Of a stretch of DNA of 53,578 bases, positions 34,609-44,117 are shown piece after piece (positions within the stretch are counted from its first letter, which is position 1; each line of letters opens with the position of its first letter). The DNA comes from a virus (lineage: Duplodnaviria > Caudoviricetes). The notes beneath the pieces are model-generated. The model searched no databases, was not told the DNA's origin, and was given only the letters and a program-made list of their open reading frames with translations. A program made the position numbers and the translations under genes. The DNA lies in IMG/VR virus record IMGVR_UViG_3300040816_000922, positions 1 through 53,578 of that record. One strand, given 5' to 3'.

Positions 34609-36511
34609 TGATTTCCTCCTGAGAAATCAGCGCACGCTCGGGATCAATGTCCATCGAACGCGCAATGTCCTGGATGATCTCGCGCCAGTTGAGGATGCTC
34701 GCCACGGGACCGGCTTGACCGGCGATCTGCATGAACTGGAGCAGGCGCTGGCTCTGGATCTCCTTCTGGACCAGAGCGGTGCTACCCCGCGCGATCACCC
34801 GGAAGTCGCCCTTGACGTACTCCTTGTCGTTCCACTCCATGTTCCACGCATAGAGGGACTGCATCATCGGCTCGAGCATGTAGTCATCGATGTTCTTGAT
34901 CGTGCTCTTGAGCGCGATATTCGCGTTGTTCATGAGCATCGACACGCCGGTCGCCGTCTTGTTCATCGAATCGGTCTGCTGCCCGTGGGTGTAGGACGGC
35001 AGAGAGGTCGTTTCGTCAGCAAAACGGCGGAAGAGCTCGATGATGTTCCCGAGCCCGCTGTTGTTCGTGTTCGCCTGGTAGAAGCGAACCATGGGAGCTC
35101 CAGGGTCGCCCCCTTCCCGGAGGAAGATCCGCCAGGGGTGGAGGTCCTGGGGGTCTTCCCCAGCCGCCAGCAGGTCCGTATTCACCTCGACCATGGGACC
35201 GGAGCTGATTGCCTGGTTATCCAGGAAGATCCGGATCGCCGCATTCATGGTGCTCTGGCTGTCACGCATCATGCGCGGCACGCCGATACCCCAGAACTGG
35301 TGCGGAACCTTCTCGTAAGGCGCAATGTGGTACGGAATTTTACCGTCCGGGATGGGCGAGATGCGCGCCATCAGGACTTCGCCGTTCGCAATCCACACAT
35401 TCGCGGCGTATTCGGCGTCTTCCTCGAGGACGATGACCGGATCGTTCATATCCGCCAGCTCGTCCTCGGTAAGCTCCTCAAAATCGTCGATGGACATGCC
35501 CACGCCGACCTCTAAGAGCTCTGCTCCGGAGAGGGATCCCCAGAACTCGAGCACCTCATAGCGGTGTTCGCTGCCGTATACGGTGTTAAGCCCCGCCATT
35601 TCGCGGCGCTCCCGCTCGTGGTCCTTCTCGTAGTAGGTCCCTTTGCGGTTATCGCGGATGATTCGGTCCACGGAGTCCGTATCGAACCCGGGCAGATCCC
35701 CGAGCTCGCGGAAATGCTTGCGCGAAAGCCGGTGACGGCGGAAAAACGCAGAGCAATCCTCCATCGAGGTGGAGTACGGCTCCGGATAGCAGTCAAAGAT
35801 CGACACGCTCTCGAAGTCAGGCTTGGGCACCTCCTCATACATGAGGGCGTGCATGCCATCTTCGCTCTTCAGGTAGCGCTTGCGCCGGTCAACGCGGGTT
35901 CCGCCAGCCTTGATGCAGCCGGATCCGAAGATCACGAGCTCCATGAGGGTCTCTTTGAGCATCTGCTCGACGTTCGCCTCGACCATCTGGTCTTCGACTT
36001 CGATCTCCATCTCCGCCGCAGCCATCGCGGCGTCCTCGTTGATCTCTTTCTGGATCGCCTTGCGGAGCTCGTTGCGCCGCGCAGCAATGAGGTCAGGGTA
36101 TGCCTCGCCTGCGACCTGCATGATTTCCATCAATGCGGTCTGCTTGATCTTGGCTTCCTTGACCGGGTCGATTTCGGCGACCGGAGTCGGCGTAAAGCTG
36201 AACCAGCGCTCGCCACGCTGGAAGAGAAGGTCAACGATACGGCTGTAGGCACTCATGACCTTGGTCCGAGTCAGCCCGATATAGACACGAGAGCGGTTCG
36301 GGTCCAGCCTTTCCAGGACATCACGCTCATATTGCGCGTTGTACTGGCGCAGATCCCGCAGCCACTCGTCCTCAATGGTGTCCCGGGCGTCCTCGAACTC
36401 CTTGAACATCGTTTGGAGTCGAGCTCCCAGGCTCGCCATCGCGACGCTATCGTCGCCCTCTTCCTCAAAAGGGGCGGGGCGGTCGTCCATGACCTCTTCT
36501 AACTGGTCCAT
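34502..36511 (-). CDS. Portal protein
   Basis: TRTKV..AY, FWGIGVP, KTATGVSMLM motifs; TGATG-coupled to terL. Confidence 0.9.
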   Translation of the reverse strand: MDQLEEVMDDRPAPFEEEGDDSVAMASLGARLQTMFKEFEDARDTIEDEWLRDLRQYNAQYERDVLERLDPNRSRVYIGLTRTKVMSAYSRIVDLLFQRGERWFSFTPTPVAEIDPVKEAKIKQTALMEIMQVAGEAYPDLIAARRNELRKAIQKEINEDAAMAAAEMEIEVEDQMVEANVEQMLKETLMELVIFGSGCIKAGGTRVDRRKRYLKSEDGMHALMYEEVPKPDFESVSIFDCYPEPYSTSMEDCSAFFRRHRLSRKHFRELGDLPGFDTDSVDRIIRDNRKGTYYEKDHERERREMAGLNTVYGSEHRYEVLEFWGSLSGAELLEVGVGMSIDDFEELTEDELADMNDPVIVLEEDAEYAANVWIANGEVLMARISPIPDGKIPYHIAPYEKVPHQFWGIGVPRMMRDSQSTMNAAIRIFLDNQAISSGPMVEVNTDLLAAGEDPQDLHPWRIFLREGGDPGAPMVRFYQANTNNSGLGNIIELFRRFADETTSLPSYTHGQQTDSMNKTATGVSMLMNNANIALKSTIKNIDDYMLEPMMQSLYAWNMEWNDKEYVKGDFRVIARGSTALVQKEIQSQRLLQFMQIAGQAGPVASILNWREIIQDIARSMDIDPERALISQEEINAAMALAQGGAGGPVPPGAVPGPMGGPPPGAPPAA

Positions 36512-38139
36512 CAGTACCCCGCTGAAGTCGGTGCGTTCCAACGCTCACGCTTTTCCCGGCGGTAGCGCTTCCTCGGCATGGTGTTGAGCCCATGCAACGC
36601 AATGGCATACGCCATCACACAATCGTCGTGACACCCCTGCTGGGCGTTGATACGTCCCGCGTCGTCAATGACCAGGGTTCGCATCTCCTCAAGGGTTTCG
36701 CGATCCACAATCCCCGACTCCCCTTGCCGCAGCAGCGCGCGAAGGTTGTCGAGAATCAGGGGCTTGGTCTTCGAGGTTGTCAAAAACCCAGCCCGCCTCG
36801 TCGTCTTGTCTGCATAGGCACCATCCAAGGTGTGATCCACATACAGACTCGAATAACCCAGGTCCTGAAGCCGTCTGATCAGCGTCAGACCGTGGTTATT
36901 GCGCTCGATTATTAGGTAAGCCTTTGAAAACCTGCGTCCAAGTTGGACAACAGTCTCAGCAAATTCGTATGGGTCCACATGCCCGCGCCACGTTGCGCAC
37001 TGGTTGCCCTCCTGGTCGAGCACCTGGCAGACCGTGTAGTCCCCATGCACAAGCCCTTCCGATACGTCGATGCCGATGCAATAGGCTTGCTCATGCCTGG
37101 GCTCGATAAACTCTGCGTAGCGACCGTGGGGGTTGTCGTAGATCTGCCCCGTGTCAGCAATGATTTCCCCGCGCAGCCGGGGGGAGAAGCACTCAATGGC
37201 GGCGCGCTCGATGTCCTTCTCGTCGATGAAGCGGCGCCCGCTGAAGAGGAACGCTTCCTCTGGGGTCGAGGGGTACTCCTGGCGGAAAAGATCCTCAGAG
37301 CCAAGCTCATCCATCTTCCTCCGCCTAAACATGATCTGCTCAGGGGATAGCTTGTATAACCCCATCAACCGATCTTCGTCCGGCGTCGCCTTAAAGTACG
37401 GGTTCACCTTCGCCCGATACTCCGGCATCCAGAACCAGGGGATGAACACTACCTGCCAGTCCCCCTCCCCCCTCAGGGACCTCATGATCTGCGTATGGAA
37501 CCAATCCCCTACCCCATTCGCCGTGGACTCGAGGATCACCTCCGAGCCCGTAGGGGGCGCTGTCTGAAGAAGACCAGCAACGATCTCGTTCTGATGGGGA
37601 TAAAAAGCCACCTCTGAGCCGTGGACGAAGCGGTTAGTGCCCGACCGACCAACCTCGACTGAGCGCGCCGTACCAATCCGGTAGCTGGAATTGAGGTCAG
37701 CAAACTCGAGACCCGTGATGGTGCTCGACTTCAGAGGTGGGGAAAACATGGGGTCCGGCACGTTGTCATAAAACGTCCGAACCATGCGGAAGAGGTTCGC
37801 CGTGGCATCCGAAAGGTGAGATAGAACGAAGGCATTGCTGTTCTTCGTCCCCGTCACCTTCCAGAAGAAGCGCCCCTCGGTGTAAGTGGAGATACCTACC
37901 TGCCGCGCCTTTATAACCAGAGCACGCACATAACCCTTCTCCTTCCACTGGCGCTCGAGGAGAGAGTCCATCAACAGCTGCCCGCGATTCAGCTTGAACG
38001 GCACGATAGAGCCGTCCTTCCCCACTACCCGGAGCACATGCTGAGCGTAGAGGGGAAAGCTCGTCTTGAGCTTCTGAAGCGCCTGGAGCTTTTCGTTCAG
38101 AGCAGAACCCCAAGCATCCGACCCAGGGTCCCGATCCAA
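36511..38139 (-). CDS. terL: Terminase large subunit
   Basis: KARQVGIST Walker A, HGSEVAF Walker B, LESTANG, GIDVSEG, HDD nuclease motif; start codon uncertain. Confidence 0.95.
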   Translation of the reverse strand: MDRDPGSDAWGSALNEKLQALQKLKTSFPLYAQHVLRVVGKDGSIVPFKLNRGQLLMDSLLERQWKEKGYVRALVIKARQVGISTYTEGRFFWKVTGTKNSNAFVLSHLSDATANLFRMVRTFYDNVPDPMFSPPLKSSTITGLEFADLNSSYRIGTARSVEVGRSGTNRFVHGSEVAFYPHQNEIVAGLLQTAPPTGSEVILESTANGVGDWFHTQIMRSLRGEGDWQVVFIPWFWMPEYRAKVNPYFKATPDEDRLMGLYKLSPEQIMFRRRKMDELGSEDLFRQEYPSTPEEAFLFSGRRFIDEKDIERAAIECFSPRLRGEIIADTGQIYDNPHGRYAEFIEPRHEQAYCIGIDVSEGLVHGDYTVCQVLDQEGNQCATWRGHVDPYEFAETVVQLGRRFSKAYLIIERNNHGLTLIRRLQDLGYSSLYVDHTLDGAYADKTTRRAGFLTTSKTKPLILDNLRALLRQGESGIVDRETLEEMRTLVIDDAGRINAQQGCHDDCVMAYAIALHGLNTMPRKRYRREKRERWNAPTSAGY

Positions 38140-38348
38140 ATCCGGATCCCGTTCGCCGTGTGCTCAACGTCAAAGCGGAAGAAGTCGGTCGAATCCATGG
38201 GAGACTGGATCGCCCCAATGGATACGCCGAAAGACCGGACGTTGATCCCGGTAGCCGCCCGCCAGCGAAGAGACACAAGGCTCAGCTCGAACTCGCCGCC
38301 GCGCAGCATCATGGCGGGACTCGCCCCGCGTATAACTTCAAATTTCAT
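38097..38348 (-). CDS. Hypothetical protein
   Basis: GGAG RBS; coupled ORF. Confidence 0.55.
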   Translation of the reverse strand: MKFEVIRGASPAMMLRGGEFELSLVSLRWRAATGINVRSFGVSIGAIQSPMDSTDFFRFDVEHTANGIRIWIGTLGRMLGVLL

Positions 38349-38571
38349 TCTCAATCTCCTCAAGAACCGCCGCCGCAATGCGGTCGAAGTCCTTGCCGCT
38401 CAGCTGGTCCGTAACGTCCAGCTCGCCCACATACACCCGGATCTCTAGCTCCGCATCCCAGCCCTCGTGGCACAGCTCAGGGATCGCCGTGTAAACCCCA
38501 CTGCGCCCGGGCACATAGTCCAAGACCTCCACCTTCATCGAGATCTCTTGGTCAAGCTCTACGGATTGCAT
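38338..38571 (-). CDS. Hypothetical acidic protein
   Basis: GGAGG RBS; protein-like composition. Confidence 0.65.
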   Translation of the reverse strand: MQSVELDQEISMKVEVLDYVPGRSGVYTAIPELCHEGWDAELEIRVYVGELDVTDQLSGKDFDRIAAAVLEEIENEI

Positions 38572-38682
38572 GCGCCAGCCTCCTCGAACGCGCTATCCAA
38601 TTCTTCTCAGCGGACTCCCAGCCCAGCTCCTCGCCCACCTTCTCCACCGCATCCGCGATCTCCTCGCGGACAATTCGGCGGA

Positions 38683-38892
38683 TCAGAGCACCGAGTCCAT
38701 CATCACAGTCTCCGCCGCCCTCAAGGCGAAGATCGCCTCCGCTATCTCCATCGCTGTAGTCCCGAGGACAATAGACCCGTGTTTCGTAATGCCCACCGCT
38801 ACGCATTGCTCTACCCCCGCTTCGACCATCTTGTCGATTAGCTCTTGAGGAGAGGTCCCGTTCCCTGGAAACCGCACCACGTTGTCAGTCAC
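38683..38892 (-). CDS. Hypothetical protein (DNVVRFP start)
   Basis: GGAGG RBS before GTG; common phage N-terminal motif. Confidence 0.6.
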   Translation of the reverse strand: MTDNVVRFPGNGTSPQELIDKMVEAGVEQCVAVGITKHGSIVLGTTAMEIAEAIFALRAAETVMMDSVL

Positions 38893-39052
38893 GCCATTCC
38901 TCCCAGAGCCATGTAAGGCAAACGACCAAGCCCGCAAACCACATGGGGAGGATGACGACTCTCGTTGAGATCTCCGCTCCATCAATCTGAAAACTTGCAA
39001 GAACAATGGTTGCGACGTAGCAACCCAGAACCAGCCAATGAACCGCACTCAC
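38885..39052 (-). CDS. Small two-TM membrane protein
   Basis: GTGA-coupled; two hydrophobic segments. Confidence 0.55.
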   Translation of the reverse strand: MSAVHWLVLGCYVATIVLASFQIDGAEISTRVVILPMWFAGLVVCLTWLWEEWRD

Positions 39053-39282
39053 TTCTCGACAAAGAACGGAAAGATCACCTCCGCCCTCCAAGCTCGCCGG
39101 TTCCCAGGCAAACGCTCCTGAGGCGGCAACTGACCACGCCGGACCATCGAACGAACCGTCTGCGGCGAAAGCCCCCGAACATCCGCAAAATCCTTAGACT
39201 CAACCCACTCCCCCAGGAAGTGCCGGAGCGGCTTCCCGGTCAGGATCGTTTCCGCCAGGTACGCAATTTCCTTACTCAACAC
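39049..39282 (-). CDS. AlpA/excisionase-like winged-HTH protein
   Basis: KDFADVRGLSPQTVRSMVRRGQLP..RRAW pattern; GGAGG RBS. Confidence 0.7.
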   Translation of the reverse strand: MLSKEIAYLAETILTGKPLRHFLGEWVESKDFADVRGLSPQTVRSMVRRGQLPPQERLPGNRRAWRAEVIFPFFVEK

Positions 39283-39640
39283 CTTCCTCCAGAGAACGGT
39301 TACCAGGGACAGCTGCCCCCTCAGGACAGTTTTCAGCGGATACTTCCCGGGCTTCGGAACACTTTTCTGCGCCAACCTGTAAGGACTCGTTACAAGTTGC
39401 GACCCCTCTTGCCTTTGCTATTGCAGCGCGGGCTGCTACGCGAGCAGGGTCATCTGACACAGCTGGCACGCCTGCGGTGCGCTCAAGATTTTCCAAAGCC
39501 TTCAGCAACTCCTTGTTCTGGTCCTCTAGCCCTTTGATGCGCGCAGCCTGCACGTTCAGGATCACGCCATCGCCTGCTTTGAGGGCGTCGTCCATCGTGA
39601 CGTAATAGCGCTCGTCGTCGCGCCTAATCTTCCAGCTCAT
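39272..39640 (-). CDS. Hypothetical protein
   Basis: ELLKALE..ARAAIAKARG motif typical of phage accessory genes. Confidence 0.65.
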   Translation of the reverse strand: MSWKIRRDDERYYVTMDDALKAGDGVILNVQAARIKGLEDQNKELLKALENLERTAGVPAVSDDPARVAARAAIAKARGVATCNESLQVGAEKCSEAREVSAENCPEGAAVPGNRSLEEGVE

Positions 39641-39697
39641 CGCTCGCTGTCAGCTCCCGTCATTTCGTATACCCAAAGGGGACTAAATCGAACAAAG

Positions 39698-39868
39698 TCA
39701 CTCGTCCAACCCAAGGCGCGCCATGATCAAAATCGCGCCAGCAAGGTCGATAGCCTCAACAGGCGTCATGAGGATGTCCTTGTGCTCGGGGGTGACCTTC
39801 ACTAGCCCGTCCTGCTCGAGCTCAATCCGAACCCTGTCCCCGTCCATGTCCAACTCAACAGCTTCCAT
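39698..39868 (-). CDS. Hypothetical 56-aa protein (not in the ORF track)
   Basis: AGGAGG RBS; MEAVELDMDGDRVRIELEQ...ARLGLDE. Confidence 0.65.
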   Translation of the reverse strand: MEAVELDMDGDRVRIELEQDGLVKVTPEHKDILMTPVEAIDLAGAILIMARLGLDE

Positions 39869-40305
39869 ACCGCCTCCTAACGCCCCGTATCGTGGGGCTG
39901 ACGGCTAAGTCACCGGGAGAGAAGAAGACCCAGCCCCAGCTGCGGGTGTTGTTTCGTATGCGCTCACGACCGCCCGCTGCGCGAGCCAACCACACGAAAG
40001 CGTGGATGCGGTAATCATGAAAGCGATTCGCTCGGTTGTAACCCCTACGGGACCAAAAGGGTCCTAGGTACATGGGTACAATGGGGGGTTTTTGGGTACT
40101 AAGGGATGGGTTTTTTTAATTTTTGGGGTGGGTGTTGTGAGGGGCATACCTCCTAACGCGCGGGCGGGTGGGGGGGGGACCCGTGCGCGCGCGTACCCCC
40201 CCGTGCGGGCGCCCAGGCACGCGCGAAGATGCCGCCAGACCGACCACAACCTGCCCTAGGTTGCAGTCGGGAAGGCTAAGTCGCTGTTTCTGTTGACGTT
40301 TTCCG

Positions 40306-40971
40306 CTAGATCTCCGACCAGTTCGCGAGCTCCTCGCCCGCTCCGCCCCCGTTTCGCGCCTCTTCGCGGATGCGCTCCGCCTGTCCCTCGATGGTTTCCC
40401 GGGCAATGTCCGCCCAGGCGAGCCCCTGGTGCGTGTGCCTGACCTCCTCAGGGGCAAACGCGCCTATTGCCCGCGCCATATCCTCGAGGGCGCGCAGCCG
40501 ATCCTGGGTTTTCTGGCTCGGGGAGTCGGCGATATCCCGCCAGGACCGCATCAGGTAACCCCTCCCAACCCCCGCCGCGATCCTCTGTTCCTCCATTTCC
40601 CTCACGATGGCGTCCTGGACATGAGCCCGCCTCAGCATCCGGTAGGCTTGCGTGCCTGCCCCTGCCGGAGCGTACCCGGCTCGAATGGCTGCCCCGGTAG
40701 CGTCAGCCCCTCCGCCTCTCATGTACTCCAGGACGAAAGCAGCTTCCCTGGGTTTCATTTCCTGGCGAGCCACCATCCCCTCGAGCCATCCCTTTGACCT
40801 GTACTCCTGGAACCATTGAAAAGCGTCCTCGGGTTCTCTGTCTTCCTCCCCTTCTACGTCTACCAGGAAAGCATCCCCGGCAGGTGCGCCCACTGGGTTT
40901 TTTTCCGCCGCTTCCCTCTCGGCACGAGCCGCCGCTAGTTCGCTGAAAGCTTCCCTTTCTTTCTGTGCCAT
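40306..40971 (-). CDS. terS: Terminase small subunit
   Basis: REAAFVLEY...ATGAAIRAGYA....AYRMLR..VQDAI HTH; DRLRALE; GGAGG RBS. Confidence 0.88.
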   Translation of the reverse strand: MAQKEREAFSELAAARAEREAAEKNPVGAPAGDAFLVDVEGEEDREPEDAFQWFQEYRSKGWLEGMVARQEMKPREAAFVLEYMRGGGADATGAAIRAGYAPAGAGTQAYRMLRRAHVQDAIVREMEEQRIAAGVGRGYLMRSWRDIADSPSQKTQDRLRALEDMARAIGAFAPEEVRHTHQGLAWADIARETIEGQAERIREEARNGGGAGEELANWSEI

Positions 40972-41003
40972 CCGGTTTCCTCCCGGTTCTATCAATTCCC
41001 GCC

Positions 41004-41032
41004 GTTATAGCAAAACATTCTAGGAGGACCAA
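41004..41032 (-). promoter_or_regulatory. sigma70-type promoter for terS
   Basis: TTGGTC-N17-TATAAC with extended TG. Confidence 0.55.
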
Positions 41033-41130
41033 AGGGAAAGCATTCCCCCCTGGGTACAGCGAGAGTATGCTCCTTCCCACTGAAAGCGATTCTTTCAGTG
41101 CGACACCCTTTCAACAATGGAGCACGACCA

Positions 41131-41499
41131 ATGCAAACGACCCAGACCAGCCAGCCGCAAAATAGCGCCCTCCTCATCCAGGACCGCGACAGCCTAAACA
41201 GCGCCTTTCTCGGGGTCCTTACCCTTGCCCGGGAGGTCGGCGTGAATTCCGCGTTCCGACTCCTCGAGCTCCGGGGCGGAGTGTTCTGCCCCCAGGACCA
41301 GAGCTTGATCGAGCTCGAGCTTCGGGACTATTTCGTGAACAGCGACATGCCCGCTCTCCTCGCCCTAGACGGGCAAACCCTCTCAATTCTTTACGGGCTC
41401 GCCGCCCGCGCCGCCATGCACCGAGCGCTTGAGGTTGAGCATGCTCACCGCGCCTTCCGGGTGCAGGCGCAAGCGATCGTTTCCCAGGAGGAGGCATAA
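41131..41499 (+). CDS. Hypothetical early protein
   Basis: GGAG RBS; first gene of the + strand cluster. Confidence 0.6.
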   Translation: MQTTQTSQPQNSALLIQDRDSLNSAFLGVLTLAREVGVNSAFRLLELRGGVFCPQDQSLIELELRDYFVNSDMPALLALDGQTLSILYGLAARAAMHRALEVEHAHRAFRVQAQAIVSQEEA

Positions 41500-41502
41500 G
41501 CC

Positions 41503-42393
41503 ATGGCTAAGCAAACCACTCACGAAATCGTGACCGCCCATATCGTCGCCGCCATCGAAGCAGGCGCGCCCACCTTTCAAATGCCTTGGATTCGGGGCGC
41601 CGCCGCTGGCGCTCCCGTGAACGTCGCCAGCCGCAAGGCTTACCGGGGAATCAATACCCTGATGCTCTGGGGCGCCGGGATGCAGTACACCTCGAGCACC
41701 TGGGGAACCTTTAAGCAGTGGAAAGACAAGGGCGCCAGCGTCCGGAAGGGTGAGAAGGGAACCCCCGTGGTGTTCTTTAAGAAACTCGACGTCACCAAGG
41801 AGAACGCCCAGGGCGAGCAGGAGCAGCGCCAGGTCGCACTGATCCGGCACTCATTCGTCTTTAACGCCGACCAGGTGGACGGGTACGAAGCACCCGAGGC
41901 GCCGGAGCCCCGCCAGGACCTCACCGAGCGCCTGGCGAACGTGGACCGTTTCTGCGCTAACACGGGAGCACGCATCGAGCATGGTGGCGTGCGGGCTTTC
42001 TACCGCCCGAGCACGGACCATATCCAGATGCCCCCTCGAGAGCTTTTTACCGGCACCGACACGAGCACCGCCACGGAATCTTACTACTCGGTCCTCCTTC
42101 ACGAGCTCACCCACTGGACGGGAGCCCGTCACCGGGTGGACCGCCTCGAGCTCAAGAGCCGTAAGGGCTACGCCTTCGAGGAGCTAGTGGCAGAGCTCGG
42201 CGCCGCGATGCTTTGCCAGTCCCTCGAGATCACCCCCGAGCCCCGCCCGGATCATGCCGCCTACCTCGCAAGCTGGCTCGAAGCGCTGAAGAACGACGAC
42301 CGCGCCATCTTCAAAGCCGCCGCCGAGGCGCAAAAGGCTTGCGACTACCTCGAGGCACTCCAGGCAGCCAACACCAACCAGGAGGCGGCGTAA
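41503..42393 (+). CDS. ardC: ArdC antirestriction protein (ssDNA-binding domain + zincin metallopeptidase)
   Basis: PW..YRGIN.L.L, WGTFKQW...VRKGEKG, VFNADQ, HELTHWTG, YAFEELVAELGA, HAAYL.SW. Confidence 0.95.
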   Translation: MAKQTTHEIVTAHIVAAIEAGAPTFQMPWIRGAAAGAPVNVASRKAYRGINTLMLWGAGMQYTSSTWGTFKQWKDKGASVRKGEKGTPVVFFKKLDVTKENAQGEQEQRQVALIRHSFVFNADQVDGYEAPEAPEPRQDLTERLANVDRFCANTGARIEHGGVRAFYRPSTDHIQMPPRELFTGTDTSTATESYYSVLLHELTHWTGARHRVDRLELKSRKGYAFEELVAELGAAMLCQSLEITPEPRPDHAAYLASWLEALKNDDRAIFKAAAEAQKACDYLEALQAANTNQEAA

Positions 42394-42413
42394 GCCGCCC
42401 AGGAGCCGAGCCA

Positions 42414-43253
42414 ATGAACCCCTTTGCCCAGTCCCTCGCCCTCACCCTGGGGGCGATCCTCGAGAGCCACGAGAAGCACCACAACGCCGCCCTCCTCGCC
42501 CTAAGCGAGCGAGTCCGCCGCGCAGCCGCAGCCCTAAATGATGGGCTCGAGCCCACCGCAGACCGGAACGGCATGATGCACGCCCCTTGCGACGGGTACC
42601 TTTGGAGATACCAGGACGGCGACCAGGAGATCACGGAGCGCTATATGGGGGGGCAGTTCCTCCCGACCCCGAGCGAGACCGAGAAGCTCCGGCAGCGCTT
42701 TAGCGTGCGCGGCGCCCTTCGCCTCGAGCGCGTGCCCCTCGAGCTCGCCGAGGAGCTTTTCCGGGAGACCCTGCACCTTCGCCGCCCTGGGGTTTTCTCC
42801 CTGGGGCTGGGGCAGGAGTTCGACACCCCCGACGACGGGCGATGCTGCCATCTCTACCTCGAGACCAGGAGCGCCGCTGCCCGGGAATCCTTCGCGGAGT
42901 TCATTGACGAGCAGGTCTACGCACCCCGACGCGCCGAGCTCGAAGAGCGCGAGAAGGCAGAGCGGGAAGCCTTCGAGAACGCCGAGCCCTGCCCCGAGGG
43001 TCGCGTGACTGTCACCGGAAAGCTTCTCGGATGGAAAACCCAGGAAACCCGCTACGGCACCACCTGCCGCTGCCTGGTCCAGGACCGCCGAGGCTTCAAG
43101 GTATGGGGAACCCTGCCCCGGGCATGGGATGAAGCGAAGAGAGGCTCCCCCGTGACTTTCTCCGCCGAGCTCACCCCCTCCCGGGATGATCCCAGGTTCG
43201 GGTTTTTCAAGCGCCCCACCAAGGCGCAGATTCTCGAGGAGGAGGCAGCATGA
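42414..43253 (+). CDS. Hypothetical early protein with C-terminal OB-fold-like domain
   Basis: HAPCDGY, GGQFLP, PEGRVTVTG..GFKVWGT..FGFFKRPTKA. Confidence 0.7.
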   Translation: MNPFAQSLALTLGAILESHEKHHNAALLALSERVRRAAAALNDGLEPTADRNGMMHAPCDGYLWRYQDGDQEITERYMGGQFLPTPSETEKLRQRFSVRGALRLERVPLELAEELFRETLHLRRPGVFSLGLGQEFDTPDDGRCCHLYLETRSAAARESFAEFIDEQVYAPRRAELEEREKAEREAFENAEPCPEGRVTVTGKLLGWKTQETRYGTTCRCLVQDRRGFKVWGTLPRAWDEAKRGSPVTFSAELTPSRDDPRFGFFKRPTKAQILEEEAA

Positions 43254-43549
43254 GAGCTTTCCTGGTCACCTTCGAGCGCTTCACCCCGGAATCCCTCGAG
43301 CACGGCGAGGCGGAAGAGTCCGGCGTGCTGTACGAGAGCGCCAGCCTAAGGGAGGCGGTGGAGGAGCTCAGCTACGCCGCCGCCGGAATCCACGCGAGCG
43401 AACACCCCGCCGTTTCCCCCGCGTGGATCACGGGCGCCTATACGCACAACGACCCAGGCACGGGGGAATTTGGGAACCTCTCCTTGCATTTCCCCGCCCA
43501 TATCACCCCCGCATCCCGGCGCCGCGTGCTGCGCCTGTTGCAGCGATAG
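43250..43549 (+). CDS. Hypothetical early protein
   Basis: TPESLEHGEAEESG..SLHFP..ITPASRRR; GGAGG RBS. Confidence 0.7.
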   Translation: MRAFLVTFERFTPESLEHGEAEESGVLYESASLREAVEELSYAAAGIHASEHPAVSPAWITGAYTHNDPGTGEFGNLSLHFPAHITPASRRRVLRLLQR

Positions 43550-43560
43550 GAGCCGAGCCC

Positions 43561-43920
43561 ATGAGCCGCAAACAATCTCACCGCGTGGTCATGATCTACG
43601 ACGCGAGCCACGCCTGGCTCCGCGTCCGAGCCTGGCACCTCGCCCGCCTGGGGATCGCCCAGCAGATCAGCCGCTACAGCTACGAGGATCGGCAGGGGTA
43701 CGCCTACCTAGAAGAGGACTGCGACGCCCCCCGGTTCCTCGCCGCCGCCGAGGCTGCCGGGGAACCCGTGACCGTGACGGAGCGCGACGACGGGGGGCGC
43801 TCCCGGGTCCGGGACCTGGACGCCTACGAGCCGCCGAGCCTCGAGCAGAGGCTAGCCGCAGCCCTCGAGGCGCAGCCCCTCACCCGAAAAATCGAAACTC
43901 AAACCGCCTTTTCGTTCTGA
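43561..43920 (+). CDS. Conserved early protein (D.SHAWL..ISRYSY..YLEEDCD)
   Basis: Motif recalled from phage/plasmid leading-region proteins; AGGAG RBS. Confidence 0.75.
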   Translation: MSRKQSHRVVMIYDASHAWLRVRAWHLARLGIAQQISRYSYEDRQGYAYLEEDCDAPRFLAAAEAAGEPVTVTERDDGGRSRVRDLDAYEPPSLEQRLAAALEAQPLTRKIETQTAFSF

Positions 43921-43940
43921 TACGCCCGGAGATTGACGCC

Positions 43941-44117
43941 ATGCAAAAGCATTCGCCGTTGTTTTACTCGCTCACCATCGCCAACCACCGCGCGGACCTG
44001 GACCTGCTAGCCCAGCGCTTCGAGCACCGCCGGGGACTCACCCGGCTTTGGTTCCTGGCTCAGGCTTTCCGCCTTTCCTGGAAGATTGCAGCCCTTGAAC
44101 AGGAGGCGCAGGCATGA
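43941..44117 (+). CDS. Hypothetical protein
   Basis: GGAG RBS; coupled to the next gene. Confidence 0.55.
   Translation: MQKHSPLFYSLTIANHRADLDLLAQRFEHRRGLTRLWFLAQAFRLSWKIAALEQEAQA

Noticed and set aside
32302-36502. Long + strand ORFs (351, 309, 312 aa) opposite capsid and portal
   Set aside because: Antisense shadows of GC3-rich genes, with no RBS or recognisable motifs
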